Assembly (NCBI GenBank): GCA_963833705.1
Contig: CAWHYQ010000007.1
Coordinates: 3,982-67,981, forward strand
Direction of reading: 5' to 3'
DNA: 64,000 nt
DNA from: an uncultured Chloroflexia bacterium
Lineage (GTDB): Bacteria; Chloroflexota; Limnocylindria; Limnocylindrales; CSP1-4
Shown here: piece after piece, positions 10,758 to 19,357 of the stretch
How the letters are laid out: every line of letters begins with the position of its first letter
Position numbering within the stretch: the stretch's first letter is position 1
Notes under the pieces: generated by a model
Seen by the model: only the letters and a program-made list of their open reading frames with translations
What the model was told of the DNA's origin: nothing
Database searches by the model: none
Position numbers and translations under genes: made by a program

Positions 10758-12122
10758 GTGATCGCTCGGTCCGGGCTTCGCGGGGCGACGATCGAGGGCA
10801 TTCCCCTCGCGAGCCACCTGGGCCTGTGGGCCGTCGCCCTTGCCCTGGGGAGTGTGACCGCCATCGGGGTCTGGCTCTTCAACAAGGCCATCGATGGCGT
10901 CGGCTCGATCGTCAGCGACGTCCTGGTGCCAGTCCTGGGTCCGCTGGGTGCCTGGTCCATCGTGCCGATCCTTGCGCTGGCGGGTGTGCTCGTGGCGGGC
11001 ATCGTCCGGTTCCTGAAGCCGGAGAAGCTGGCCGCGATGGGCTACATCATCGACGGCGTGGCTGAGCACGAGGGACGCCTGGACCAGCGCAACGCCGCGG
11101 TGACGGTCGCGGGCGCCGCCGTAGGCCTGGGCATGGGCATGCCGGTCGGCGCGGACACCCCATCCGCGATGATCGGCGGCCACCTCGGCTCGTGGGTCGC
11201 GTTGCGGCTGGGGTGGCCGACCGTGTTCGTGCAGGCGCTCATCGTGGCCGGCGTGTCGGCCGGAATCTCCGCTACGTTCCTGGCCCAGCTGTCGGCCGCC
11301 TTCTTCGGCCTGGAGGTGGTGCTGGGCGGGATCGGCGGCCTCGTCTTCATCGTGCCCATCCTGCTGGCCGTTGCAGCCTCGGCGGTGACCACGTTCCGGC
11401 TGACCGGAACGCCACCCGTGTATGCCATCCCGCCCGACGCGGTCCACTGGGATGTGAGCCTGCTGTTGTACCTGCTGCCAGCGCTCGTGACCGCGATCGC
11501 CGCGATCGCCTACGTGCGCCTGTTCGCATCGTTCAAGGGCGCATGGGCGGCGGTCAGGGTGCCAGCAGTTGCGCGGATGGCCATCGCCGGCGCCATCGTG
11601 GGGGTCGTCGCGGTCGCGCTGCCCGCTGTCACAGGTTCCGGCACCGCAACGATGAAGCAGCTTTTCGGGGGCGCGACGATCCCGCTGGCGACCCTTCTGG
11701 CCCTGGCGCTGGCCAAGCTCGTGCTGACACCGGGCAGCCTCGCATCCGGATTCGTCGGCGGCGTCATCGGACCGGCGATGCTCATCGGCTCCACGCTCGG
11801 CGCGGCCGTCGGCGCGGTCGTGACGCCGATGTTTCCCGAGCTGGGGTTATCACCCGTGATCTTCGCCATGGTTGGCACGACAGCGATGCTCAGCGGGTCG
11901 CTCCACGCACCCCTGTTCGCGGCGCTCGTCGTCTTCGAGATGGCCGGGGTCTACGAGATGCTGGTTCCCCTGATGCTGGCGGCGGCCATCGGCTTCGGGC
12001 TCTCGGCGCCATTCCAGACCGGATCCGTGTACACGTTCTCGTTTGGCAAGCTGGGCATCGATCTCCGGCCCGGTCGGTTCCGCGCGACTCCGACAGCTCC
12101 CCCGACGGGTGCAGGTTCGTGA
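10758..12122 (+). CDS. ClC family chloride channel protein
   Basis: Multi-TM; GxxxP motifs (GADTP, GFVGGVIGP), AGVSAGISATF, LHAPL. Confidence 0.85.
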   Translation: MIARSGLRGATIEGIPLASHLGLWAVALALGSVTAIGVWLFNKAIDGVGSIVSDVLVPVLGPLGAWSIVPILALAGVLVAGIVRFLKPEKLAAMGYIIDGVAEHEGRLDQRNAAVTVAGAAVGLGMGMPVGADTPSAMIGGHLGSWVALRLGWPTVFVQALIVAGVSAGISATFLAQLSAAFFGLEVVLGGIGGLVFIVPILLAVAASAVTTFRLTGTPPVYAIPPDAVHWDVSLLLYLLPALVTAIAAIAYVRLFASFKGAWAAVRVPAVARMAIAGAIVGVVAVALPAVTGSGTATMKQLFGGATIPLATLLALALAKLVLTPGSLASGFVGGVIGPAMLIGSTLGAAVGAVVTPMFPELGLSPVIFAMVGTTAMLSGSLHAPLFAALVVFEMAGVYEMLVPLMLAAAIGFGLSAPFQTGSVYTFSFGKLGIDLRPGRFRATPTAPPTGAGS

Positions 12123-12290
12123 TCCACATGCCAATCCGCTGGACGAGACGGCGACGAGACCGGGAGGCAAGGAGTGTGGACACCCGACCGGCCGTATGAT
12201 GCTTGCGACCTCGTCGGCGTCGTGAGCGATGCGGGCCAGGCCGAGCGTTCGGTCTCAGGAAGCGCGGGTCGTTCCTGAGTACGAAATCGC

Positions 12291-12333
12291 CGGGGAGTAG
12301 CGTAGTTGGCAACGCACGTGCTTTGGGAGTACG
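12291..12333 (+). repeat. att site: 5' half of tRNA-Pro(TGG), direct repeat of 17258-17300
   Basis: 39-bp exact match (12291-12329 = 17258-17296), extending to 42/43 through the anticodon arm. Confidence 0.93.
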
Positions 12334-13331
12334 TCCGGCGGGAGGCGGTCCTCAGCTCGCAGATCGAAGGGACACAGAGCACGTTGGACGACGTGCTGGC
12401 CTACGAGCTCGACGCCAATCGGAGCACAGCTGCCCGTCGACGTCGGCGAGGTGGTGAACCACATCGCTGCGATGAACTACGGCCTCCAGCGCCTCGAGAC
12501 CCTCCCGTTGTCCAATCGACTCATCAAGGAGATCCACGAGCGACTGATGCGGGACGTACGGGGTGCCGAACGGAGCCCGGGCGAGTTCCGGCGGACCCAG
12601 AACTGGATCGGGCCGAGCGGAGGCACCCTTCGTGACGCCGCGTTCGTGCCGCCGCCGGTTCACGAGATGGATGACCGCGATGGGGGATCTCGAGACGTTC
12701 CTTCACCAGACGGGATGGTCTACCCCGACTCGTGCATGCCGGCCTGGCGCACGCCCAATTCGAGACGATCCACCCGTTTCTGGACGGCAACGGGCGGGTC
12801 GGCCGGCTCCTGATCACCTTCCTGCTGGTGCACGGCGGAGTGCTGCATCGGCCGCTGCTTTACCTGAGTCACTTCCTGAAGAGGAACCGCAGCGAGTACT
12901 ACGATCGACTGATGGCCGTTCGGCAAGCTGGCGATTGGGAGAGCTGGCTCGGTTTCTTCCTGCGGGGCGTCGCCGAGACAGCAAGTGAGGCGACCAGCAC
13001 TGCTGGGGCGATCGTGGCTCTCCGTGACCTGCATCGACCGCTTGCCGCTGAGCTCGGCGCGAACGGTATCCGGCTCCTCGACCATCTCTTCACGCAGCCG
13101 CTCGTGAATGTGAACGCGGTCGGGTCGGTGTTGCAGGTCTCGTGGCCGACTGCGAACAAACTGGCGCAATCGTTCGCAGAACGCGGGATCCTCGACGAGG
13201 CCACGGGCTACCGGCGGAATCGCGTCTACCGCTACAGCCCGTACCTCGCGCTGTTCAGTGAAACAACGCCGACGGCAGATTCGACGGCCGCGCCGATGGG
13301 AACGGAGGCGGAACGGGCCGAAGGCACCTGA
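12306..13331 (+). CDS. Fic family protein, N-terminally truncated and fused to the tRNA fragment (frameshifted in assembly)
   Basis: YVRREAVLSSQIEGTQ (S/TxxxEG inhibitory motif), PGEFRRTQNWIG, HPFLDGNGRVGR, C-terminal HTH; spread over three frames. Confidence 0.85.
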
Positions 13332-13374
13332 CCGTGTGCTCCATTGCCGGCCGGGGGTGCGGGAACGCCGGCGA

Positions 13375-14055
13375 ATGGGGCCCCAAGGCGTAGACGTCAG
13401 CAAGGTCAGTAACAACAATTTCGCCTGGAAGCAAGGAGCTTGGGAGCGAGCCACGCCGGCATGGGCGAGAGACCTCGGAAAGGTCGATGCGAACGGCTGT
13501 CTCGTCGCGGTCACTCAATGGTGTTCGAAACCAGCATCGCTGAAAGACGTTGTCACGTTCACCGTAGTCGTCGGCGGCGCGACGGTTGTGATCATCCTCG
13601 CGGCGCCTGTGGTCATCGAAGGCGGGATGACCGTAGCCGCTATATACGTTGCCACCGGCGCGACAGGTGCGGCAGGCTTGGTAGCTCCAAGCCTAAATAA
13701 GGTCGGCGAGATAATCGTCGAGGGCGAAGGCGGGGCTGGCCTGCCGCGCCCAGCGTCGCCTAGCGAGCTGGTCGGGATGATGAACCGCCGCCCTGGGGTA
13801 ACCGCGGAGATCTCAGATAGCCCTGACCTTATCCGTTTGCTCGACTCCCGAAAGGCGCAGGGTCTAACCTTTATGGAACAAGGAGGCTTTAGTGTGTTTC
13901 TCCGCGCAGGTTCATCGCGCAGCGACGTCTTGCACGAGTGGTTGCATGTTGTCCGCTCTGGCCAAGGAATAGGCATGGGCGTAGGAGAGGAGGACTTGAT
14001 CGATGGATGGCTGGCTAGTCATTCCGAGCTTCTCAGGCTAGGGCATGGAGACTGA
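13375..14055 (+). CDS. Orphan polymorphic-toxin C-terminal module, putative HExxH metallopeptidase
   Basis: Hydrophobic Gly/Ala linker, then DVLHEWLH and downstream EE; lower GC; overlaps the next small ORF. Confidence 0.6.
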   Translation: MGPQGVDVSKVSNNNFAWKQGAWERATPAWARDLGKVDANGCLVAVTQWCSKPASLKDVVTFTVVVGGATVVIILAAPVVIEGGMTVAAIYVATGATGAAGLVAPSLNKVGEIIVEGEGGAGLPRPASPSELVGMMNRRPGVTAEISDSPDLIRLLDSRKAQGLTFMEQGGFSVFLRAGSSRSDVLHEWLHVVRSGQGIGMGVGEEDLIDGWLASHSELLRLGHGD

Positions 14056-14341
14056 TTTCTTGACGGTCTCAGCGGACCAGCTTGCCGCGCTGCCGAGCAT
14101 TCATCGCATCCTCGTTCCAGTTGATAGAGTCGCGTGGAAGCCTTCAAACGTAAGTCTTTCGATCGACGATTCGTCTTGGTTTCTTCGCATGGTCGGAGAG
14201 GCTTGGATTGGGCCGAATGTCTTCGTGGCTCTGGAAGCCCTCGGTGACGATCCGTCTGCAGTCGAGGAAATTGAAAAGATCCTCAGAACTCGGCCGAAGT
14301 CGACAGCTGTGGTTGAAGGCCTCGTACGGATAGAGGGCTGA
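14045..14341 (+). CDS. Putative immunity protein
   Basis: 98-aa acidic ORF overlapping the toxin stop. Confidence 0.55.
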   Translation: METDFLTVSADQLAALPSIHRILVPVDRVAWKPSNVSLSIDDSSWFLRMVGEAWIGPNVFVALEALGDDPSAVEEIEKILRTRPKSTAVVEGLVRIEG

Positions 14342-14455
14342 GCGGACCGACACGATCTCGGGCACCGACACGCTCTTCACCATGTAGCGCCTACGGTGAT
14401 CTGACCGAGAACGACAACACCGTGCAACATCTCACAATCTCGTACACAGAAACCC

Positions 14456-14484
14456 TTCCTTGCGGCCGACCGCTGGTCTAGCAT
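14456..14484 (+). promoter_or_regulatory. Sigma70-type promoter of the RNA/relaxase module, copy 1
   Basis: TTCCTT-17 bp-TAGCAT; copy 2 has TTCCAT-17 bp-TAGCAT with a diverged spacer. Confidence 0.65.
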
Positions 14485-14942
14485 CGAGGCTCGGCGGCTG
14501 ACGCCTCGGTCGGTCCGCCTGAAGGCCGTCTCGGTGGGCTGAGCAGCAGGCGCTGCGGTCCATCGTGTCGATCGCGTCAGGAGCAACGCTCCGGCGGTCG
14601 CTGACGGCATTCGGGTCGACGATCGAGACGTCCGCGTCGCGACTGCTCCGCTGGAGCGGTCCTGTTCGGTCGGGTCGTCCCAGGCGTGACGGCTCCCGTG
14701 ACGGACCGCTCAATCGGGCGGGAACGTGGCCAGTCCGTCGAAAAACCGGTACGCACAGTCCTTCTGTGAGGTCGCCCTCCGATGGTTCAACGGCAATTTG
14801 ATCAGCACCAGTCAGCCATCGCTGTCCTCGGCCCACGTCGGGCGGCAGGGATGGACTCTTCGATCGGGGTTTCGGGACCCCGGTCCCTGCCCGCCGTTTC
14901 GTGCCTGGGAAGGCGCGCTCCGGGCCGAGACCCTGCAGTCCC
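14485..14942 (+). ncRNA. Putative large structured RNA/leader upstream of the replication-relaxation gene, copy 1
   Basis: Strongly conserved with 46465-46922; many hairpins with G-U pairs on this strand; differences mostly in loops or compensatory. Confidence 0.6.
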
Positions 14943-15842
14943 ATGATCGGTGCGTTCACCGCCGCACCCGCACCACCTCGCCGGGTCATCGTCGATCCAG
15001 GCTTCCTGTCGTACCGCGATCGAGCTGCGCTGCGCATCCTCTACCGCGCCGACGTCGCCACTACAGCCCAACTCACGACGCTCGTGTACAACCGCCGTCA
15101 AACGGCACAGGAACGTCTCAGCGCTCTCTACCGCGCGGGCTATCTCGAACGGGCGATCCTGCCACCATCCTCCCGCGGTGGTGCTCCTCATGCCTTCCGC
15201 GTCTCCCCCCGCGGACGTCATCGTCTCGGCTACGACCCGCTCACCCGATCACGGGCCGGTACCCAGCTCCGCCACAGCCTCAACGGCGTCGAGACCGTCT
15301 GCGCGCTCGTGAACGCTTCCCGCGGCGACGGCAGCAGCGAGCCGCTCGTCCAGGCCTGGCTGACGGAGGACATGGCCCACGACCTGCTCCCGAAGACGTA
15401 TCCCGATGGCGTCGTCGTCCTCCAGGCATCGACAGGCTCCGGTGTCCTCTGTCTCGAGATCGACCAGAACACCGAGCGCGGTCCGGTCATCCGCGACAAG
15501 CTCGGACGCTACGAGACGGCGATCCGCTCCAAGGCCGGCTGGCACCTCCTGTTCGTCGTCCCGTCGTCCGAACGGGCCGGCTCGCTGGCCGGGACCGGCC
15601 GTCAGAAGGACGGCTACGCGGGGCTCGCGGGCTACGCCTGGGCGCTCGTCCTGCCCGAGCTGCGGACCCGCGGCCTCGATGCCGGTGTCGTCGCGCTCAA
15701 CCCGAACGTGGCTCGGACGACGCTCGGTGCGCTGCTGGTCGACTCGACGCCGCGGCGCTGCCCGACGCCGGTCGGCACCGACGCCTGGCTCCAGGTCCTG
15801 GGTCTCGGTGGCGACGAGGACTTCACCGAGGCGCTTCGGTGA
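14943..15842 (+). CDS. Replication-relaxation family protein (wHTH + PD-(D/E)XK fold; MOB_C-like), copy 1
   Basis: RDRAALRILY..ATTAQL (wHTH), LRHSL, YPDG...LEIDQNTE...KLGRY. Alternative start at ATG 14782 if one indel is an error. Confidence 0.85.
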   Translation: MIGAFTAAPAPPRRVIVDPGFLSYRDRAALRILYRADVATTAQLTTLVYNRRQTAQERLSALYRAGYLERAILPPSSRGGAPHAFRVSPRGRHRLGYDPLTRSRAGTQLRHSLNGVETVCALVNASRGDGSSEPLVQAWLTEDMAHDLLPKTYPDGVVVLQASTGSGVLCLEIDQNTERGPVIRDKLGRYETAIRSKAGWHLLFVVPSSERAGSLAGTGRQKDGYAGLAGYAWALVLPELRTRGLDAGVVALNPNVARTTLGALLVDSTPRRCPTPVGTDAWLQVLGLGGDEDFTEALR

Positions 15843-15916
15843 GAGAGCGCAACCAGCGGGCCGCGTGGGGTCGAATTGGTGGCTTGACGACGTCCGCCCG
15901 ATTGGGTGGTGTAGCG

Positions 15917-16156
15917 ATGACCGCCCCGGCGCGACGCGGCTTTCGGCAGCGCTTCGAGCGCGAGGTCGACCCTGAAGGCAGGCTAAGCCCAGTCGAGCGG
16001 TCCAAGCGCGCGAGTCTCCTGATGCGCGCTCACATGTTGCGGCTGGCCAAGTCCAGTTCGGAGATGCGGGCCGCGTCGAAGCGGCTCACATCTGGCGATC
16101 CCGCGTCGCGATCGAATTCGCGCCGGGCTGCGTCGCCACGCTCGAGACCGCGCTGA
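15917..16156 (+). CDS. Small basic hypothetical protein of the integrative element
   Basis: MTAPARRGFRQRFEREVDPEGRLSPVERSKRA...AHMLRLA; lies between relaxase and integrase. Confidence 0.6.
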   Translation: MTAPARRGFRQRFEREVDPEGRLSPVERSKRASLLMRAHMLRLAKSSSEMRAASKRLTSGDPASRSNSRRAASPRSRPR

Positions 16157-16186
16157 GGGTTGCGAATCGGCCCAGGCGTGGCGGCT

Positions 16187-17177
16187 CTACCGGTCGCCGG
16201 CCAGGCGATCGACCGGACTGAGCGCGCGTGCGGCCGCGATCGCCCGCTCCGCCCGCGTCGACGCCGCATAGCGGGCGACCATGTCGCGGCTTCGCCAGCC
16301 GACCACGGCCATGAGGTCGGTCTCCTGCATCCCGCCGGCAAGCATCATGTGGGCGTAGGCGTGGCGGAACATGTGCGGGTGGACGCGGCCCGGAATGCCG
16401 GCCTCAAGCCCGCGATCGCGGACGAGTTCGGCGAGTCCGGACTCGGTCAGGCGGCCCCTTCTGGCCGATCCAAAGGACCGCGAGGTCGCCGCCCGGGTGT
16501 TTCGCCCGGGCCCGGAGATAGCGATCGACGCGCGAATGGTCTGGGCGCCGAGCGGCACGAGTCGGATCCGGCTGCCCTTGCCGGTCGACACGCAGCGAGC
16601 CCCTGCTCGAGATCGACGTCAGCGACGCCGAGGCCGAGGACCTCGCCGCGTCGGGCTCCGGTGTCCATGAAGACGCGAAGGATCGGCCTCGTCGCGCCGA
16701 CCGGCGAAGGTCTTGTCGCGCTCGCAGGCGGCGAGGAGCGCCCGAAGCTCCGCCTCGCGTAGGACCGGCGGCGGTTCCTCCGGCAGGCGCGGCGGCTTCA
16801 TCCGCTCCATCGGGTTGTCGCGGATCTCGCCTTCCTCGACGGAGCCAGCGGAAGAACGGCATGACAGCCGCGGTAGCGGTTGTGGGCCGTGGCCGGCTTC
16901 CAGCGGTCGAGGATGTCGGTGATGAAGGCCTCGACGTGCTCGCGCGTGATGGCGGTCGGCGTGGTCGGCATGCCCTGGCGCTCGAGGAATCCGGTCGAGC
17001 TGTCGCGACGGCGGTGGAGTACGTCGAGATCGTCGCCGGACTGATCCGCTGCGCACGAAGATGCCGGCGCCAACTCTCGAGCAGACCGTCGAGCTCAGTC
17101 GGGGCCGTAGAATGCGCGGTGTCGGTTAGCGCTGCGTGCGTCGTTCGAGCTCCTGCTGGGAGTCCTGACAGGCGCAC
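16187..17177 (-). CDS. Tyrosine recombinase/integrase (frameshifted)
   Basis: DTGARRGEVLGL (R), GKGSRIR (K), HPHMFRHAYAH (HxxR), VGWRSRDMVARY (W, Y); N-terminal SAM-like domain. Confidence 0.92.
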
Positions 17178-17257
17178 AGCATATGCGATATGAGCGGTGA
17201 AGGTCCAGTGATTACGGCCGAATGTCGAGTATCATGCGATATCCACGCTCAAACGGA

Positions 17258-17333
17258 CGGGGAGTAGCGTAGTTGGCAACGCACGTGCTTTGGGAGCACG
17301 AGATCGCGGGTTCGAGTCCCGCCTCCCCGACCA
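17258..17333 (+). tRNA. tRNA-Pro (TGG)
   Basis: Cloverleaf: CGGGGAG/CTCCCCG acceptor stem, CGTGC-TT TGG GA-GCACG, GGTTCGAGTCC, encoded CCA; TATCAT at 17230. Confidence 0.98.
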
Positions 17334-17337
17334 TCTC

Positions 17338-18075
17338 CTACGTACTGGGCGTGGGTCCGTCCTCGTTCCACTCAGGACTCGAGTGGAACACGACGCAGCA
17401 TCGGCCCGGCGCGGGAGCGAGTTCCACGGTGACGTCTCGAACGCCGAGGCCATCGACGACGCCGGTCGCCCAGGCGAGATTCATCCCGCACGTCACGTCG
17501 CGATGATCCGCGACGAGCACGTCGTATGGGCAGTTCCTGAGGCACACCGTGCCGTCGGCCTCGACATCCGGCTCGAACCCGGCGCCCCGCAGCACGTCGG
17601 CGATACCCCGCAAGGAACGAAGGCGACCGACGCGCCTGCCAGCCTGCCGGCGCGCGTCGACCCCGACGCTCGCTCCGCGTTCCCGGGCCACCTGGGCCAG
17701 CGCCTCGATCCCCGACTTGCCGGCGAGTCTCTGTAGCGCGCTCGCCATCATGTCGGCCGCCCGATCGTAGTGGCGGGGCGGGAGCGATACGTCGACCTCA
17801 CCCTTCGCCCTGCGATAGAACTTGGCCGGGCGCCCGGCACCCGGGCCAGTCCGTCCGCTCCGGCGCCGGAACTCCGTCTGCAGCAAACCCACCTCGACGA
17901 GCCGATCGAGATGGAACGCGGCCAGTTCCCGGCTGATCCCCAATGCCGTGACCGCATCGTCGCGACCGACCGGTTCTCGGCTGGCGGCGACCAGGTCGTA
18001 GAGCGCCCGACGAGTCGGTTCGGCAAGCGCCGCGACCGCCTCGATCGGATCCTCGATGGGTGGCTGCTTCGTCAC
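17338..18075 (-). CDS. ArsR-like HTH transcriptional regulator with Cys-rich metal-binding C-terminus
   Basis: LAEPTRRALY, AFHLDRLVEVGLL, GAGRPAKFY, NCPY, VTCGMN, GRCC. Confidence 0.88.
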   Translation of the reverse strand: MTKQPPIEDPIEAVAALAEPTRRALYDLVAASREPVGRDDAVTALGISRELAAFHLDRLVEVGLLQTEFRRRSGRTGPGAGRPAKFYRRAKGEVDVSLPPRHYDRAADMMASALQRLAGKSGIEALAQVARERGASVGVDARRQAGRRVGRLRSLRGIADVLRGAGFEPDVEADGTVCLRNCPYDVLVADHRDVTCGMNLAWATGVVDGLGVRDVTVELAPAPGRCCVVFHSSPEWNEDGPTPST

Positions 18076-18112
18076 CGGAAGATTGTATCAGCAAGATTCG
18101 TTATGGAAAGAC

Positions 18113-18140
18113 TTGACAGACGCGTGTCCGTCTGTAATCG
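18113..18140 (+). promoter_or_regulatory. Promoter with overlapping palindromic operator
   Basis: TTGACA at 18113; inverted repeat ACAGACG-n6-CGTCTGT (18116-18135); TAAT downstream; between divergent genes. Confidence 0.55.
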
Positions 18141-18223
18141 TAATCTCCGTTCACTTTAGAACGGCGGCCGGCCAGGCGTGCGAACCGAACCCGCCGGCCC
18201 AGGCAACCAGACGAGGTGATGTC

Positions 18224-18781
18224 ATGACGATCTCCAGGGAACCGGTCCGGCTGGCGCTCCGCAAGTTGTGGTCCGACCACGTCATCTGGACCCGCGAGTA
18301 CATCGTTGCCGCCGTCGCCGGGACGCCGGATGCCGGCCCCGCCGCAGGGCGGCTGCTCACCAACCAGGAAGACATCGGGACCGCCGTCGCCGGCTTCTAC
18401 GGGCCGGCGGCCGGTGACCGTCTGACGGCGCTGCTCAAGGAACACATCATGATCGCGGTGGATCTCGTCGAGGCCGCGAAGACGGGCGACCAGTCCGCGT
18501 TCGCGACGCACGACGCGCGCTGGACCGCCAACATCGAGGCGATCGCTGCATTCCTCGCTGGCGCCAATCCGAACTGGCCCGAGAACGACGTCCTCGACCT
18601 GCTGGCGCTCCATCTGAAGCTCACGAAGGACGAGGCCGTCGCACGGATCACGGGTGATTGGGCCGCCGACATCAAGGCCTTCGACGACATCTTCACCGAG
18701 ATCATGGTCCTGGCGGATGCGATCCATGACGGGATCGTCGCGCAGTTCCCGGAGCGCTTCGCGGCGTTGGCGACGGCATGA
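18224..18781 (+). CDS. Helical-bundle hypothetical protein with repeated His motifs (possible metal binding)
   Basis: LRKLWSDHVIWTR, LLKEHI, LALHL; GAGGTG RBS. Confidence 0.75.
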   Translation: MTISREPVRLALRKLWSDHVIWTREYIVAAVAGTPDAGPAAGRLLTNQEDIGTAVAGFYGPAAGDRLTALLKEHIMIAVDLVEAAKTGDQSAFATHDARWTANIEAIAAFLAGANPNWPENDVLDLLALHLKLTKDEAVARITGDWAADIKAFDDIFTEIMVLADAIHDGIVAQFPERFAALATA

Positions 18782-19347
18782 TGTCGCTCGACCTGTCGGA
18801 GGTGTCGCCCCATCGGGCAACCCTTCCGATCGGTGCGCAAGGCCCGGCCTTCGAAGGATTGCTGGGCACGGACAGGGAGCGCTACGGCTTCTCGACCTTC
18901 TCCGAGCGCGATGTCCTTGTGCTGATCTTCTCGTCGAACCGTTGTCCGACGGCGAAGGCCTATGCGGATCGGATGAACGCGCTCCAGCGCGACTACGGCC
19001 CTAGAGGCGTGCAGGTCATCGCCATCAACTCCAACGATCCCCACCTGTATCCGGACGAAAGTCTCCACCGGATGGTCGAACGTGCCGCCGAGGACCGATA
19101 TGCGTTCCCGTACGTGGTGGACGACGGGCAACGGGTCGCGAAGGCCTACGGGGCCGCCTGCACGTTCCACGTCTTCGTGGTCGACCGCCAGCGAAGGCTC
19201 CGTTACCAGGGTCGTTTCGACGACTCGCGCGTGCCCGACAGGGTCACGAGCCACGACCTCCGGAATGCCCTCGACGATCTGCTCGCCAACAGGAAGGTCC
19301 GGCTGACCACGACGCGGGCGTTCGGCTGCAGCCTCGATTTCGTCTGA
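18778..19347 (+). CDS. AhpC/TSA thioredoxin-fold protein
   Basis: SNRCP, VIAINSND, FPYVVD, YQGRFDD, FGCS. Confidence 0.88.
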   Translation: MMSLDLSEVSPHRATLPIGAQGPAFEGLLGTDRERYGFSTFSERDVLVLIFSSNRCPTAKAYADRMNALQRDYGPRGVQVIAINSNDPHLYPDESLHRMVERAAEDRYAFPYVVDDGQRVAKAYGAACTFHVFVVDRQRRLRYQGRFDDSRVPDRVTSHDLRNALDDLLANRKVRLTTTRAFGCSLDFV

Positions 19348-19357
19348 AGTCGGCACC

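Larger units (their letters stand above)
12291..17296. mobile_element. Island 1: tyrosine-integrase element at tRNA-Pro(TGG)
   Basis: Flanked by tRNA 5'-half direct repeats; integrase adjacent to the intact tRNA; lower-GC toxin/immunity cargo. Confidence 0.88.

Noticed and set aside
14636-14795. Group I intron-like core words (GACTG/CAGTCC, GTTCAACG)
   Set aside because: Motif order is wrong, there is no interrupted host gene, and GACTG is better explained by a local hairpin; cmscan would settle it.
14565-14801. 78-aa ORF inside the conserved leader
   Set aside because: Copy 2 has frame-breaking indels in predicted loops, there is no RBS, and the composition is not protein-like.
14900-14940. 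Cobalamin riboswitch-like words (GGGAAGG...GAGACC) in the structured leader
   Set aside because: Not conserved in copy 2, and the other B12-element motifs are missing.
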